From Octopus sinensis (Eukaryota), in the NCBI RefSeq assembly GCF_006345805.1, contig NC_043015.1, forward strand, positions 23,994,001 to 24,058,000: a stretch of DNA of 64,000 bases, given 5' to 3'. Both the position numbers and the translations under genes were made by a program. Each line of letters begins with the position of its first letter. The stretch's first letter is position 1. Positions 1-11,370 of the stretch are shown here, one piece after another. The notes under the pieces were generated by a model. It saw only the letters and a list, made by a program, of their open reading frames with translations. It did no database searches and was not told the DNA's origin.

Positions 1-1367
1 AAAAACAAATCGAACTGTGCACCTAAGAGCCCATGGCGAAACTGTTTATCAGTGTATGTTGAGAACCGGTGGCTGAAGAATTCAACAGGTCAGGCATCGG
101 TCAATCATGTGGGTGAGGGTGTATAGATGTTCTTTGTGACCGAGAATAAAGTTCTGACTATTTAAAGAATATTGGATGTTTTATAAGGGGCGAGAAAAAA
201 TCTACTTAGAGACGTGTGTGTGTGTATACTGTTCTATATATGTGTGTGTTGGCGTAGGGGTAGAAAACATTTTTTGTGTACGTGTGTGCGTTTGATCGTT
301 CGGCTGTCAGTGGCTACTGCCGTGATAACCGTTGGGTGGCAGAAAGAAAAAAAATAAAGAAATTATATATATATATTATGTTTTATGTGTGTGTGTGTGT
401 GTTCATCTAAGCCTGCCTTGACAAGGAAACCCCCCGCTGTGAAAAAACAAGCCCCGTTTGTCTTACAGGAGTAATTTCCCTTGCAGTGGTTAATTGTAGA
501 TATCTTAAAATCTATTTCAGAATTTGTTACCAAGGGCTATGGGTGCCGGTCTTATTTATAAACGCTATTTAAAGGCCAGATAAGTGTAACGCCGCCAATG
601 GGGGCATCGAAAAGCCGACTGTAAGAGCCCGTTTACCATCCGGCCTCTGGCAAACAAAATATGGAAGAGTTCGGAGACACAAAGGTTGCACTGTCTTCTG
701 CCCCTATCAAATGGGAGGGCCACCGACAAAATTGACCATTCCAGCCTATAGCTTAAGTTCGCATCCTTCAGTCTCCATATTAGCTTACTGAGTCCCGTGG
801 TCTGGCGCTTGTTCACGTCCCGAAAAGTTGCGTAATGGTTGGAGACACGCAAAGACAATCTTGAGGATGATGCCCCTATATAAGTGAAGGCATCTGAGTC
901 CGTGTAAACCTTGCATTGGTAGACGGCGTTTTTGATCTTGGAGTTCGCCGACGTGAATCTTACTCTGCTAGGATTGGTTTCTGAAAACATAATATATATA
1001 TATAATTTCTTTATTTTTTTTCTTTCTGCCACCCAACGGTTATCACGGCAGTAGCCACTGACAGCCGAACGATCAAACGCACACGCGTACACAAAAAATG
1101 TTTTCTACCCCTACGCCAACACACACATATATAGAACAGTATACACACACACACGTCTCTAAGTAGATTTTTTCTCGCCCCTTATAAAACATCCAATATT
1201 CTTTAAATAGTCAGAACTTTATTCTCGGTCACAAAGAACATCTATACACCCTCACCCACATGATTGACCGATGCCTGACCTGTTGAATTCTTCAGCCACC
1301 GGTTCTCAACATACACTGATAAACAGTTTCGCCATGGGCTCTTAGGAGCACAGTTCGATTTGTTTTT
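1..1367. repeat. Inverted repeat, arms 1-384 and 984-1367, 599-bp spacer
   Basis: Base-by-base pairing with constant coordinate sum 1368 (no indels); about 2 mismatches seen (21/1347 and near 283/1085). Confidence 0.97.
565..990 (-). pseudogene. GIY-YIG endonuclease domain (C-terminal part of a PLE polyprotein), truncated at ~984 by the inverted repeat
   Basis: NAVYQCKV...TYIG...R..NH..TF...T.LSKLIW.LK....Y.LEWSIL..A.PF......CNLC..E...I...C.H, the pattern of PLE GIY-YIG domains with the C-terminal CxxC/CxH extension. The first ~34 residues of the predicted ORF come from the repeat arm. Confidence 0.85.
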
Positions 1368-1411
1368 TGCTCTGCCTCTGTTCTGTTTTTGTTTTTCCAA
1401 CGGATTTCCTT

Positions 1412-1501
1412 TTTTCTTCCTGAAGAGAAAGACACAATATGGTCCCATTATTCAATCGGATTTTGGTAATTTGTGCCTTTCGAAACACGTGTAGAATGAA
1501 A
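1412..1501 (+). ncRNA. Type I hammerhead ribozyme with long stem II and palindromic minimal stem III
   Basis: Stem I TTTTCTTC/GAATGAAA (one mismatch). Core CTGAAGA 1420-1426. Stem II GAAAGACACAA/TTGTGCCTTTC (10 of 11 bp, G10.1-C11.1). GAAA 1482-1485. Stem III within the palindrome ACACGTGT. Cleavage triplet GTA, cut after 1493. Confidence 0.8.
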
Positions 1502-1554
1502 TAAAACGATTTCTGTTCAATCTGCGTTCAGCTCCATTTCTTCAATTCACCAAT

Positions 1555-1615
<61 letters not shown>

Positions 1616-1677
1616 AATAGATACATACATAAATACATTAACACACATACACACACACATATATATATAATATATAT

Positions 1678-1748
<71 letters not shown>

Positions 1749-2204
1749 TATACACATATATATATGCAAAAGCATATATACGTACGTACATACATACACA
1801 CACACATATTATAATACTAGAAAGGGAAAGATTTATTACACGGGAAAAAGTAAATAATAGAAAAAGTAAACGTTTTTATGATTCATTTCAAGAACACCTT
1901 CCTGCTGCGACTGTTATTATAATTGAAGACTCCATGTTTTCTGGGTTTTTTGTTATTTCTTGCTTGAAGGAAGTGTTCCGAGCAATTTAGGTTTCTATTA
2001 TGAATTGTATTTAAATTACTTTGAAGAATTTTATGGGAGCTAGCATTATTTACACACTGTTACACTTGCACTCACTCCTGCATCAACAACCACACACAGC
2101 ACGTATTTCACAGTTATATACGCGTTTGCTTGTGTGTGTATACATGCGAGTTTGTTTGTGAATAAATGCCTGTGTTTTTAAATATGTATTCATATTTGTA
2201 TGCG

Positions 2205-2480
2205 AAGGCGCATGGTTTAGTGGTTAGGGTGTTGCACTCACGATTGCGAGTTCGTGGTTTCCATTCCCAGACCGGGCATTGCGTTGTGTTCTTGAGCACT
2301 CCATTTCACGTTGCCATGTGATCATTTCGACAGCTGACATGTGGCACTCAGTTGCACTTATACAGGTAATGTCGATTTGATGGAGGGGATGAGCTTATGT
2401 CTACACAAACATTTGATCACTATAAACAAATCATCTATGTGGTTGATCGGTAAGACATTATCGAACCCCCATACGTCGTC
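2205..2480 (+). mobile_element. tRNA-derived SINE (family C), degenerate
   Basis: Head GGCGCATGGTTTAGTGGTTAGGGTG with a degenerate B-box, followed by TTGTGTTCTTGAGCA; related to the copy at ~20.9 kb. Confidence 0.6.
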
Positions 2481-2536
2481 TAGCGACAGGAGACTCCTTT
2501 ACTTAGATAGTAAGGTAGATAGATAGACAGACAGGC

Positions 2537-2625
<89 letters not shown>

Positions 2626-2642
2626 TAGATAGATAGATAGAT

Positions 2643-2689
<47 letters not shown>

Positions 2690-2744
2690 TAGATAGATAG
2701 ATAGATAGATAGATAGACAGATTCACTAGTACATGCTGGTTCTG

Positions 2745-3045
2745 ACATTCATTTGATGCATACATCAGGGCAATACTTCTGGGTAGCGTTGTAAATAATC
2801 TTTGCAACTATGCCATGCCTAAAACGCATGTAGTATCTCGTAGACATAATGGGACAGCTCCAGATAATGTGGGTCATATCCTCCACATTTGAATATATTT
2901 GCCAACATTTTCTATCACAACGTGAAATTTTGGAGGTATCATTGCCTCTGATGTGTATCTGATATTTAGTCCTGTTCATGGACTGAGAAGGCTTATCCTT
3001 CTCCATTGGATGTATTGTATTTGCATCCAAGAGAGACTACTCTTC
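2745..3045 (-). pseudogene. Fragment of an RLE-type (R4-like) non-LTR retrotransposon, zinc-knuckle region
   Basis: C..C....VEDMTHIIWSCP.MSTRYY...[10 protein letters not shown]; homologous to 18012-18200. Confidence 0.7.
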
Positions 3046-3183
3046 CAGCCTACGTATGTATGATTCTTTATATGCATGTATGTATGCAAGAATTCTCCTT
3101 CTTTTTAAAACTTTGAGTAAATCTTTACAGACTACCGAATTTATAGCAACATTGTGAAGGAAAATATGTCGATTTAATCGTAG

Positions 3184-3405
3184 GGCGGCGTGCTGGCAGA
3201 ATCGTTAGCACGCCGGGCGAAATGCCTAGCGGTATTTCGTCTACCGTTACGTTCTGAGTTCAAATTCCACCGAGGTCAACTTTGCCTTTCGGGGACGATT
3301 AAATAACTACCAGTTATGCACTAGAATCGATGTAATTGACTTAATCCTTTTGTCTGTCCTTGTTTGTCCTCTCTACATTTAGCCCCTGTAGGCAATAAAG
3401 AAATA
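3184..3405 (+). mobile_element. tRNA-derived SINE (family A)
   Basis: GGCGGCG.GCTGGCAGAATCGTTAGC head, B-box GTTCAAATTCC, core TTTGCCTTTC..GGGG.CGAT..AATAA.TACCAG, tail ending AAAGAAATA. The core resembles the Meta-SINE domain (from memory, unverified). Confidence 0.9.
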
Positions 3406-3526
3406 AATATATTAATTTAACCGTCATCCTAAGAATCTTGAAAATATGTTACAACTTTTTATAGTCCTAGAATCGTGGCCAGTTGGAGCGCATGGATTAA
3501 GGATTTAAGTATACATACACACATAC

Positions 3527-3598
3527 AGGCTGGCTGGCTGGCTGGCTGGCTGACATACATACATACATACATACATACATACATACATACATACACAC

Positions 3599-3632
<34 letters not shown>
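3527..3632. repeat. Compound microsatellite (GGCT)n-(CATA)n-(GGCT)n
   Basis: Read directly from the sequence. Confidence 0.95.
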
Positions 3633-3633
<1 letters not shown>

Positions 3634-4739
3634 GTTCTTGCCAATATAGAAAAAACCGTTTCTAACCTACTTACAAGGCTCCTTCACTGGAATTTCAACA
3701 TGAACAGGTTACCTTTGTTTATATGTTTGTGTGCGTATATGTAGTATATGCATGCATGTATGTATGCGCAGCTTTGTATGTTTTATGTGTGTATTCTTAT
3801 GTTATATATCTAGACACGCTCGTTTATACTTAAATGATAAACTTCTGGAAAGTTCTCCAGATTGTTACAGTTCCAGTGGTAGATTGGAATGATTTTCTCC
3901 GAATTAGCTTTCTTCTTTCTGGTTTTGAGAAGCCTTATTTATCATTTTTTGGTATTTAGGCTGTGTGTCACACATCCCGGGGCGCCAATAATTACAGGTA
4001 TAAACCTGGACTTGTAATATCCATAGTTCAGCGTAGGTATTCTCTTTTTTCACTGATCTTCAGTTTTATAACATTCGCTGGGCAGTTAATTCCCACAGCA
4101 GTGCAATATGTATGTATGTATGTACGTATGTATTCGTCCGACAGTTTGTGTTTGGTTTGGAAATTTTATTCACATATTACTCGTGAGTTATTTGTCGATC
4201 AGATATTCTATTTAATAAGCCAAACACTCACGCAATGGACGCTCCACTTGAAGCCACATGCTTTCTTTGAAGTGATATTTATAACCAAACACCCCTGTGT
4301 CTTCAATGGGTGCTCCATCATGTGTATCTACTCATTTTTGCTAACTTCATGACAAACGTGAAATGCTTACATCTCTAATATTCTGGTACATTTTCCATTT
4401 TCAGTCCGGCTTTTTTTTCGTCACAGCATTAAATATGCTAACAAAAACTTAACTAATGTTTGTTCTGCAATGTAAATTCAGCACTGTTCACCATTGGCTC
4501 TAGCATAGTACCAGAGCAATCGTAAATGTATTTGATTTTTTGACAGTCCAGTGATCAAATGAAAAATTACAGGCATTCTTTGAGTGGAAACTTTCACGAA
4601 AAAAAATTTGCTAAATTAAAGATTTACAAAATAACATATATGGAAATATTTTGCTTGCTTTATTAATCAGACTTGTGAGTAAACAAACTTTTCAATAGTA
4701 ACTGTGTATGCGAGTTGAAAATGTTTGCATGAAATAGAA

Positions 4740-4812
4740 TGATAGATAGACAGACAGATAGAAAGATAGATAGATAGATTGGCAAATAGATAGATAGGTA
4801 GATAGATAGATT

Positions 4813-4855
<43 letters not shown>

Positions 4856-4879
4856 GATAGATAGATAGATAGATAGATA

Positions 4880-4913
<34 letters not shown>

Positions 4914-4940
4914 TATAGATAGATAGATAGATAGATAGAT

Positions 4941-5027
<87 letters not shown>

Positions 5028-5046
5028 GACAGATAGATAGACAGAC

Positions 5047-5123
<77 letters not shown>

Positions 5124-5158
5124 ATAGAGAGAGAGAGAGATAAATAGATAGATAGATT

Positions 5159-5192
<34 letters not shown>

Positions 5193-5207
5193 TAGACAGA
5201 CGAACAT

Positions 5208-5240
<33 letters not shown>

Positions 5241-5242
5241 GA
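4740..5242. repeat. Compound (GATA)n/(TA)n/(GACA)n microsatellite
   Basis: Read directly from the sequence. Confidence 0.95.
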
Positions 5243-6403
5243 TCTCTCTATATAAACAGCAGTTTGTCTGTCTGTGTCTCTGTGTGTCTGTCAGGTTGTA
5301 CCCTCACCCTGACCACGGCTTTCAACCGATTCTGATGAAACTTGACACACACATAGTCCAATGTCATAATTCAACACTAACGCATCGAACATTTTGAAAA
5401 GTTCTCCCAATTCTGAAAAAAATCGATAAATTTGACATGGGGTCAAGAATCTAAGCTTTTTATATGCAACACATTTTCTGTTGTAGTTTTTGCAACTTGC
5501 AATCGATTTTCACCAAACTCATGGTGAAGCTTAATGTTACCCTAAGAAACTTTATTCTGACGTTAGTTTTCCATGCAATACCTTACCATCAGAAAAAATC
5601 GATAAAATCATGCCATTTTGGGAAATCGTGTTCAAATTCAAGATGACATATTTTCGACAATATCTTTCACAAATTGGCAGGAATTTTTTTTTTAATTCAC
5701 AGCGAGCATCATGTCTGCTCCAAGGAGCTATATGGCCCTTTTTATTGCAATAGGATACTTTATTACTGGAAAAAATCGGTTAATTAAATCATATGTGGCA
5801 CACATAGCAAACCGATTTGTGTATTAAACACAAACCACAGACTGTCTAGGGGACGCAACTCGACCTTTTTAACTTTCGGAACACGTGGGGTAAGTATCCC
5901 AAAATGTATAAAAATGTACAAAAACGGCAAAAAAGCGGGCAGCAATGTGAGTGACAACAACGAAAAAGTCAAAAGTGACCAAACTGAACAAACGAATGGA
6001 AAAGGTTTTTTGGTGCACACGACAAAAGCGGTTTATAATAAACCAAGAGTTTGCAAGTAGCGTCCGAGGACCCTTAGGGTACGTTAAAATTTAAGATAAA
6101 ACGTTTGGGGTGGTAGTTATAAAGAAAGTTTAAACAAAAAAAGTATTCGAATAACTTATGGCTGCAGCAGCTATTAGCAGAAGTGGCGGTGTTGCGGGTA
6201 AAGTCTCAAAAGTAATTTCTTCCTGGTAGGAATTGGTTGGGTTGAATTATCGATAGCTGTTTGATAGTTATTTGGGAGTGAAGAGAAGACATTACAACCT
6301 ACACATGCGCCTTCGTTCCCTAGAGGGAAAGGACTAGATTGGGATTAGTCGTTGCCTACTAGGGGCTCTTACATACCCGGGCAACGCCGGGCTATGCTGC
6401 TAG
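5243..6403 (+). mobile_element. Non-autonomous Helitron-like element
   Basis: Starts TCTCTCTATATAAA after an A (5242). Ends with hairpin CCCGG-gcaacg-CCGGG (6376-6391), 8 nt, then CTAG (6400-6403) before a T. No TSD. Termini shared with 54372-54746. Confidence 0.8.
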
Positions 6404-6404
6404 T

Positions 6405-9400
6405 GTTTCTTTATTAGCCACACAGGGCTGCACACAGACTGGACAAATTACAGGGTAGAGCTTTTCTTTTGCCTCCAAGTATCGATGGTTTTCGATCAAA
6501 AGGGATCGTAAAAGGAAAGAAAGAGGACAAAAAAAGGGGAGGGGTTAAAATAAAAAAAAGGAAAGGAAAAAAAGGGAAAGGAAAAAAATTGATCAAAAGG
6601 GATCGTTATCACAGTAAACGGGAAGACAGGTGAGGTTTACCCGTGGAAAGAAGAGCCTACGGAAAAGACCACGGTAACCTCGGTCAATGAAGTCACATGT
6701 TATATTTCTTGTTTTTTACAAATAAGTAACTCTCTGTATTAATTTTTACGGTTCATAGGATCATAGTCAAGGTGGCTTCGTCATTCATACGTGCCATCCT
6801 TGCTACATTTACCCATCTTTTTTTAAAACATTCACTAGACAAAACTTGCCTCTCTACTCTCACTTTCCTCTTCAAGTGATACTTGAAGAAGTTGATGAGA
6901 GATTGACCAGAGAGGAAAGTGTTTGTCTCTAATCCTTTCAGGCGCGTCCATCAGATACATTCTTTCGCCATAGCCACAAGTATGATAAAAATAGCTCTTC
7001 CTTCCCGTTTGAAGGAAGGAGGCGTGACGATATTAACGATAGACTTGGCTGATAAACCGACACGTCCCACACGTGACAGCAGTCGTTCGACATAAGCCCA
7101 CAGGTCAGAGATTGTTGGACACTGCACGATTGCGTGCAGAACGGTTTCGTCGCTCTGCCCGCATCTCGGGCATGTCGGCCCCGTGTTTCTCGAGCCATGC
7201 CTATAGAGCTTATCCCGAACGGGTAGCGCTTCTCGGTAGCACTGCCAGGCCAGGGATCTCTGGAAGTTGTCCATAGGTCCCAGCCCGAAAGTTGTTTCAA
7301 ACAGGCGGGTCAGGTATTCCTCATCGACGCCCAGGTTTGCCCCAAGAACGTCGTCGTACCTCCCCTCCATTAATCCCCTATAGAATGCTTTGGTTGTGTT
7401 GAAGTCACTCAAGGTCGACCCGGGACGGCAGAGTTGCTTGAGAGCAACGCGACACTCGCGGTGCCATTCGCCCTTCTTCGGCCTCTTTTTGATCCACGAC
7501 TACAGTTCGGTCATGGAGACGAGCTGCGGGAACGCGTGCCTCACAAACGGCGACCACACCTGTTCACCGTCGTCTACATAGAGCCGGAGATGTCGCAGTC
7601 TCAGCGCGTGTCTGCGCATCATCAACCACGGCATGCCCAGCCCTCCTTTTAACGGGTGTTGACAGCAAATGGATCGCCTGATCATCGGGACGCATCCTTT
7701 CCACAAGAAGCGGAAGAGAATGCGTTCTAGTTTGGTGATGGTAGGGTCGGGACAAGGTACGACGGTCAGGCGGAAGTAGATGATGGACGCGATGTACGTG
7801 TTCACCACTGACTTTTCCCGGTTGATTTTTGCTCCTGTTACCGCTTCTTAGTCTTTCAGTGTCTCGCCGACCAGCTCGATGTGCTCGTGGCTTGACACTA
7901 TGATGGTGACGTCGTCCGCGTATGCAGACACGCTCGTCCCGCATCCCAATTCTCGCGGGATGCCCCTCAGAGTCACCAGCTTCCGCAGTAGTGGCTCGGG
8001 AGTCAATACGTATAGAAGCGCCGAGAGGGGGCATCCCTGACGGACCGAACGTGCAATGTCGAAAGGTTTCGATAGATGTCCATTTACGCGAATTACCGAA
8101 CGAATGCCTCTGTACAAGGCAGCTATCCAGCCGTGGAAGACGGGACCGAAACCAGCCGCTCTCAGGACTGCCTCCAAGTATCGATGGTCTACCCTATCGA
8201 AGGCTTTCGATTGATCCAAGTTGATCAGGGCCTCACCCATGCCAGGTTCCTTAACTACTCTGTCTATGATGTAGCGCATCAGATGGAGGTTGACATGGAC
8301 GCTCCGGCCCGGCACGACGCACGTTTGTGCGTTGTCGACCAGTTTCTCGATGACAAGCACCAACCTGTTGGCTAACACCTTGGTCAAAATTTTCAGGTCT
8401 GCATTGAGCAGAGTGATTGGTCTAAAGTTATCTATAATGTTCTCCTTGCTTGGATCTTTCTTCAGCAGCGTTACGGCTCCTCGACTCACAAAACTGGGTA
8501 TGCTCCCGTTTTGCTGCCAGTTGCAGTATACCGCTGCCAAGACGTCTCCAAACAAGTCTGGCATACAATTGTAAATCTCGTAGGGCAGACCATCCAAACC
8601 CGGCGATTTGTCTCTCGAGCATTCTGCCATCGCGTCCCGCACATCCGCCGCCGTGATGGCACCTTCGCAGCACTCTGCTTCTCTTGCCGAGAGTCGTGGT
8701 AGGCTGTGCAGGTAGGCACTGAAGTCCACCCTGCGTTCACGCTCGCCACTCGTCCCGTACAGTCAGGCAAAGCGCCGTTGAAATGTGTCGCACATCTTGC
8801 TGGGCTCGAGCAATTTGCGCCCTTGTCCATCTACCAGAGACCGAACGGTGGCTTTGTTGCCCTGCTGCGCCTCCGCCACCCGGGCCTCCCTCGCGGCTCC
8901 AACAATTTCCATCCTTAGTGCACGCATCCTAGCCCTTACAGCACACCCTTCGCGTTTGACGTTGAAGTGTTGGTCAAGGGCCAACCTCGCCGCTAAAACG
9001 TCGGATGTGATGCCGCTTCTTATTGCCTCTTCTAACTTCTTAACTATCTCACCCTCCACTCTATTTCTATCTACGGCTAGTGCCTTGCTATATCTAATTG
9101 CTTCCGCTTTTACTGCTGTTTTGAGGGTGAACCACCATTTGTTGTTGACAATGGCTCCCGTTAAAGCCCTTTTTATTAACGTGTTGATTCTGTCTCTGAA
9201 AACCTGTCTGGACGGGAAAGATGCGTTCAGTTTCCAGTAACCGGGACCCTGTCTATGTGCCTTATCTAGGTCTAGCGTACACGTCACGAATTTGTGATCC
9301 TTGTAGCTGACTGTGTGGAATTGTGGACATCCTAAATTATCCGTCTACTGTCCTACACAGTATCCTATCTAGATACGATCTCGACGACCCACTGCGGTTG

Positions 9401-9880
9401 CTCCATGTCCACGTTGGTGCATTTGGGTGGTCGAGTCGGTATCTGTCAGACAGTTGGAAACGTCTGAGCAGGTCTCTGAGGCATTTGCATCCCCTTCTGT
9501 TTTTGTCTCTCCCCACATAGTCTAGATGCGTGTCCAAGGTAGCATTCCAATCCCCCACTAAAAGTAAAGGACGCGACGTTCCCAGGAATACTTCTAGACG
9601 TCGAAAGAAATCCGGCCGACCTGTTAAAGGCGTTGCATAGACTGATACGGGTCGAAAAGCGCACCCATTGCTGCCGTCGACATCCAGAACGACCATTCTA
9701 CCCTCCGAGTCTACGAACATCGTCTTGACTTCGAGATCCAGACTCTTGTGAAAAAGTACCGCGGTGCCACTACCGCCGATCCTCGGCAGACAGGGAGCAA
9801 AATAAATGTTAAACTGACCGCCAAACATGGACTTTAGGACCCGTGGCTCGTGGAGTCTGGTCTCACTTATGGCTGGGCAA
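6405..9880 (-). mobile_element. Tx1/L1-clade LINE, 5'-truncated within the APE endonuclease, frameshifted and internally deleted
   Basis: APE (ISETRL..., LLVGDWNA, TWTWSN, YLDRIL; 9337-9880), GYWKLN linker (8763-9287), RT (KSPGLDGLPYE, FRPITLLNADLKIL, LDQSKAFDRV, VRQGCPLS, SAYADD; 7848-8729), C-terminal CPRC..ETVLHAIVQCP (6951-7412), 3'UTR ending AATAAAGAAACA. Confidence 0.93.
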
Positions 9881-10770
9881 ATAGATAGATAGAGAGAGAG
9901 AGAGAGGGAGAGATAAATAGACAGACAGATAGATAGATATTAAATGTTCAAAGCATTTAGCCATTTCATCGCAGTTTGAGATCTTTATGTGTATTCAATT
10001 GCGTTATATTTTTTCATCTGATTTAGTTCACAAATATCATTAACTGGAAAGATTCTTATTTTACAATTTGGCTTCATGAAATAGGTTAACAATTTGTAGA
10101 ATCGGTAGAACGTCGAGGCAAAATGTTTTACGATATTTGGTTACAACCAAAGATCGCTGAAAAACCCGTGTATTGCGCTGAATGTGTATTCCTGTAATTT
10201 GAATTTTAGCCTTTGTGCAAATGTTAGGAATCACTATTGCATCAGTTTACAGATTATTTTTCGGGTTTAAATTATGATGGGACTAAATAGTAAATTTCGT
10301 TTTTACGTGTTTAAGATATTTGATTCCAATATGGCGAAACGGTATATTGGTCACTATATATATCTACACCGGAGAGAAATCTGAGAATATACAAAAGTGC
10401 TAGTCCAGGTGAAGTATTAGTTGAATGGTTTGATATTAATGGCATCTTATCCGGCAGTTTTGTGATGGGTTCTTTGGTGGTAGATTGTGTCAGTCAACCA
10501 GTTTCACATCACCATCTGCTTTTATAAATAACTTGATAAATTTCACTCAGTGGCAAGCTTTCAAGCAAGAGCTCTTATGTGACGATAACTGCTTCCTTCA
10601 TTACAAGTAGTCATAAAGCCACTAACAGCAAAAGTGAAGGGCATCCTTCTTTTTTCTCTGACCAAATAGAAAAGAAACTATACCGCAATCGATTTTACTA
10701 CAAAGCATCGACAAGTAATCATCCTTTCTCTCATAGGCATAAGGTTTGAGATTTTTCTGAAGGAAGGTAG

Positions 10771-10930
10771 TCGAATATGTCGACCCAAGTACTTAACTGG
10801 TGCCTATTTTATCCTCGAAAGGATAAAAGAGGTGACCTCGATGGAAGTTGAGAACACCAGGTAAAGAGCCGGAGAAAATGCTGCTAAGCAATTTTTCCGA
10901 CGTGCTAACGATTCTGTCAGCTCACCACCT
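10771..10930 (-). mobile_element. SINE family A, degenerate
   Basis: Reverse complement of the head (GTGCTAACGATTCTGTCAGCTCACC) and core (CGAAAGGATAAAAG). Confidence 0.75.
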
Positions 10931-10949
10931 AGGAAGTAAATAGTATAAA

Positions 10950-11370
10950 TGCCATTTGTTGTTCTTGTAGTTTTTGTTATTGTTTAACTCCAGTGCAGCC
11001 CTACGCAATAGACCTATGAGGAGAGGTGTCTTCGCGACAGTCTCATTTTGCTGCATTTCACGCACTAACCACAGGGCCTGATGTACCCTAGCGCATTAAA
11101 AAAAAATTATGAATACTAGGGGACATTTTCAAAGAGATTTCGTTAGCATCCCCTGCCGGAAGAAGACGGACCGGCAAATGAGTGTCTTGTTGATCCTAAG
11201 AAACTATTCTTTAGAATTGTCTTGTCTTAAAGGAAAACTGTGCCATGTACATATATTGCAGCCCCATTCTCTCAAGAGTAACTAAAATAATTGCTTTGTC
11301 TACGTCCTTTCTGTTTCATCATTGTCACGAACATGTCATCCTTGAGTTTGTATGCTTTTCTTGAATAGGA
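10950..11370 (-). mobile_element. 3' end of a LINE or LINE-tailed SINE with a (CAA)-rich tail
   Basis: The minus strand shows a short coding-like stretch, a UTR-like segment and an ACAATAACAAAAACTACAAGAACAAC tail; family not determined. Confidence 0.35.

Larger units (their letters stand above)
1..1557 (-). mobile_element. Penelope-like retroelement (PLE), 5'-truncated, with an inverted copy of its terminal repeat (pseudo-LTR) at the 5' end; continues beyond the left window edge
   Basis: GIY-YIG ORF fragment on the minus strand lies between 384-bp inverted repeats (1-384 / 984-1367). The right repeat continues into a hammerhead motif and AATAAA (1500-1505). This matches the established PLE architecture. 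Confidence 0.85.

Noticed and set aside
70-110. CTGAAGA in the PLE repeat arm
   Set aside because: No downstream GAAA or stem II.
3184-3270. tRNA-like heads with A/B boxes (here and in other SINEs)
   Set aside because: No complete cloverleaf; they continue into SINE core and tail, so they are not tRNA genes.
5332-5345. CTGATGAAAC as a hammerhead core
   Set aside because: No room for stem II, no stems I/III; part of the Helitron-family body.
7073-9664. Plus-strand and alternate-frame ORFs over the Tx1 element
   Set aside because: Antisense or out-of-frame shadows of GC-rich LINE coding sequence.
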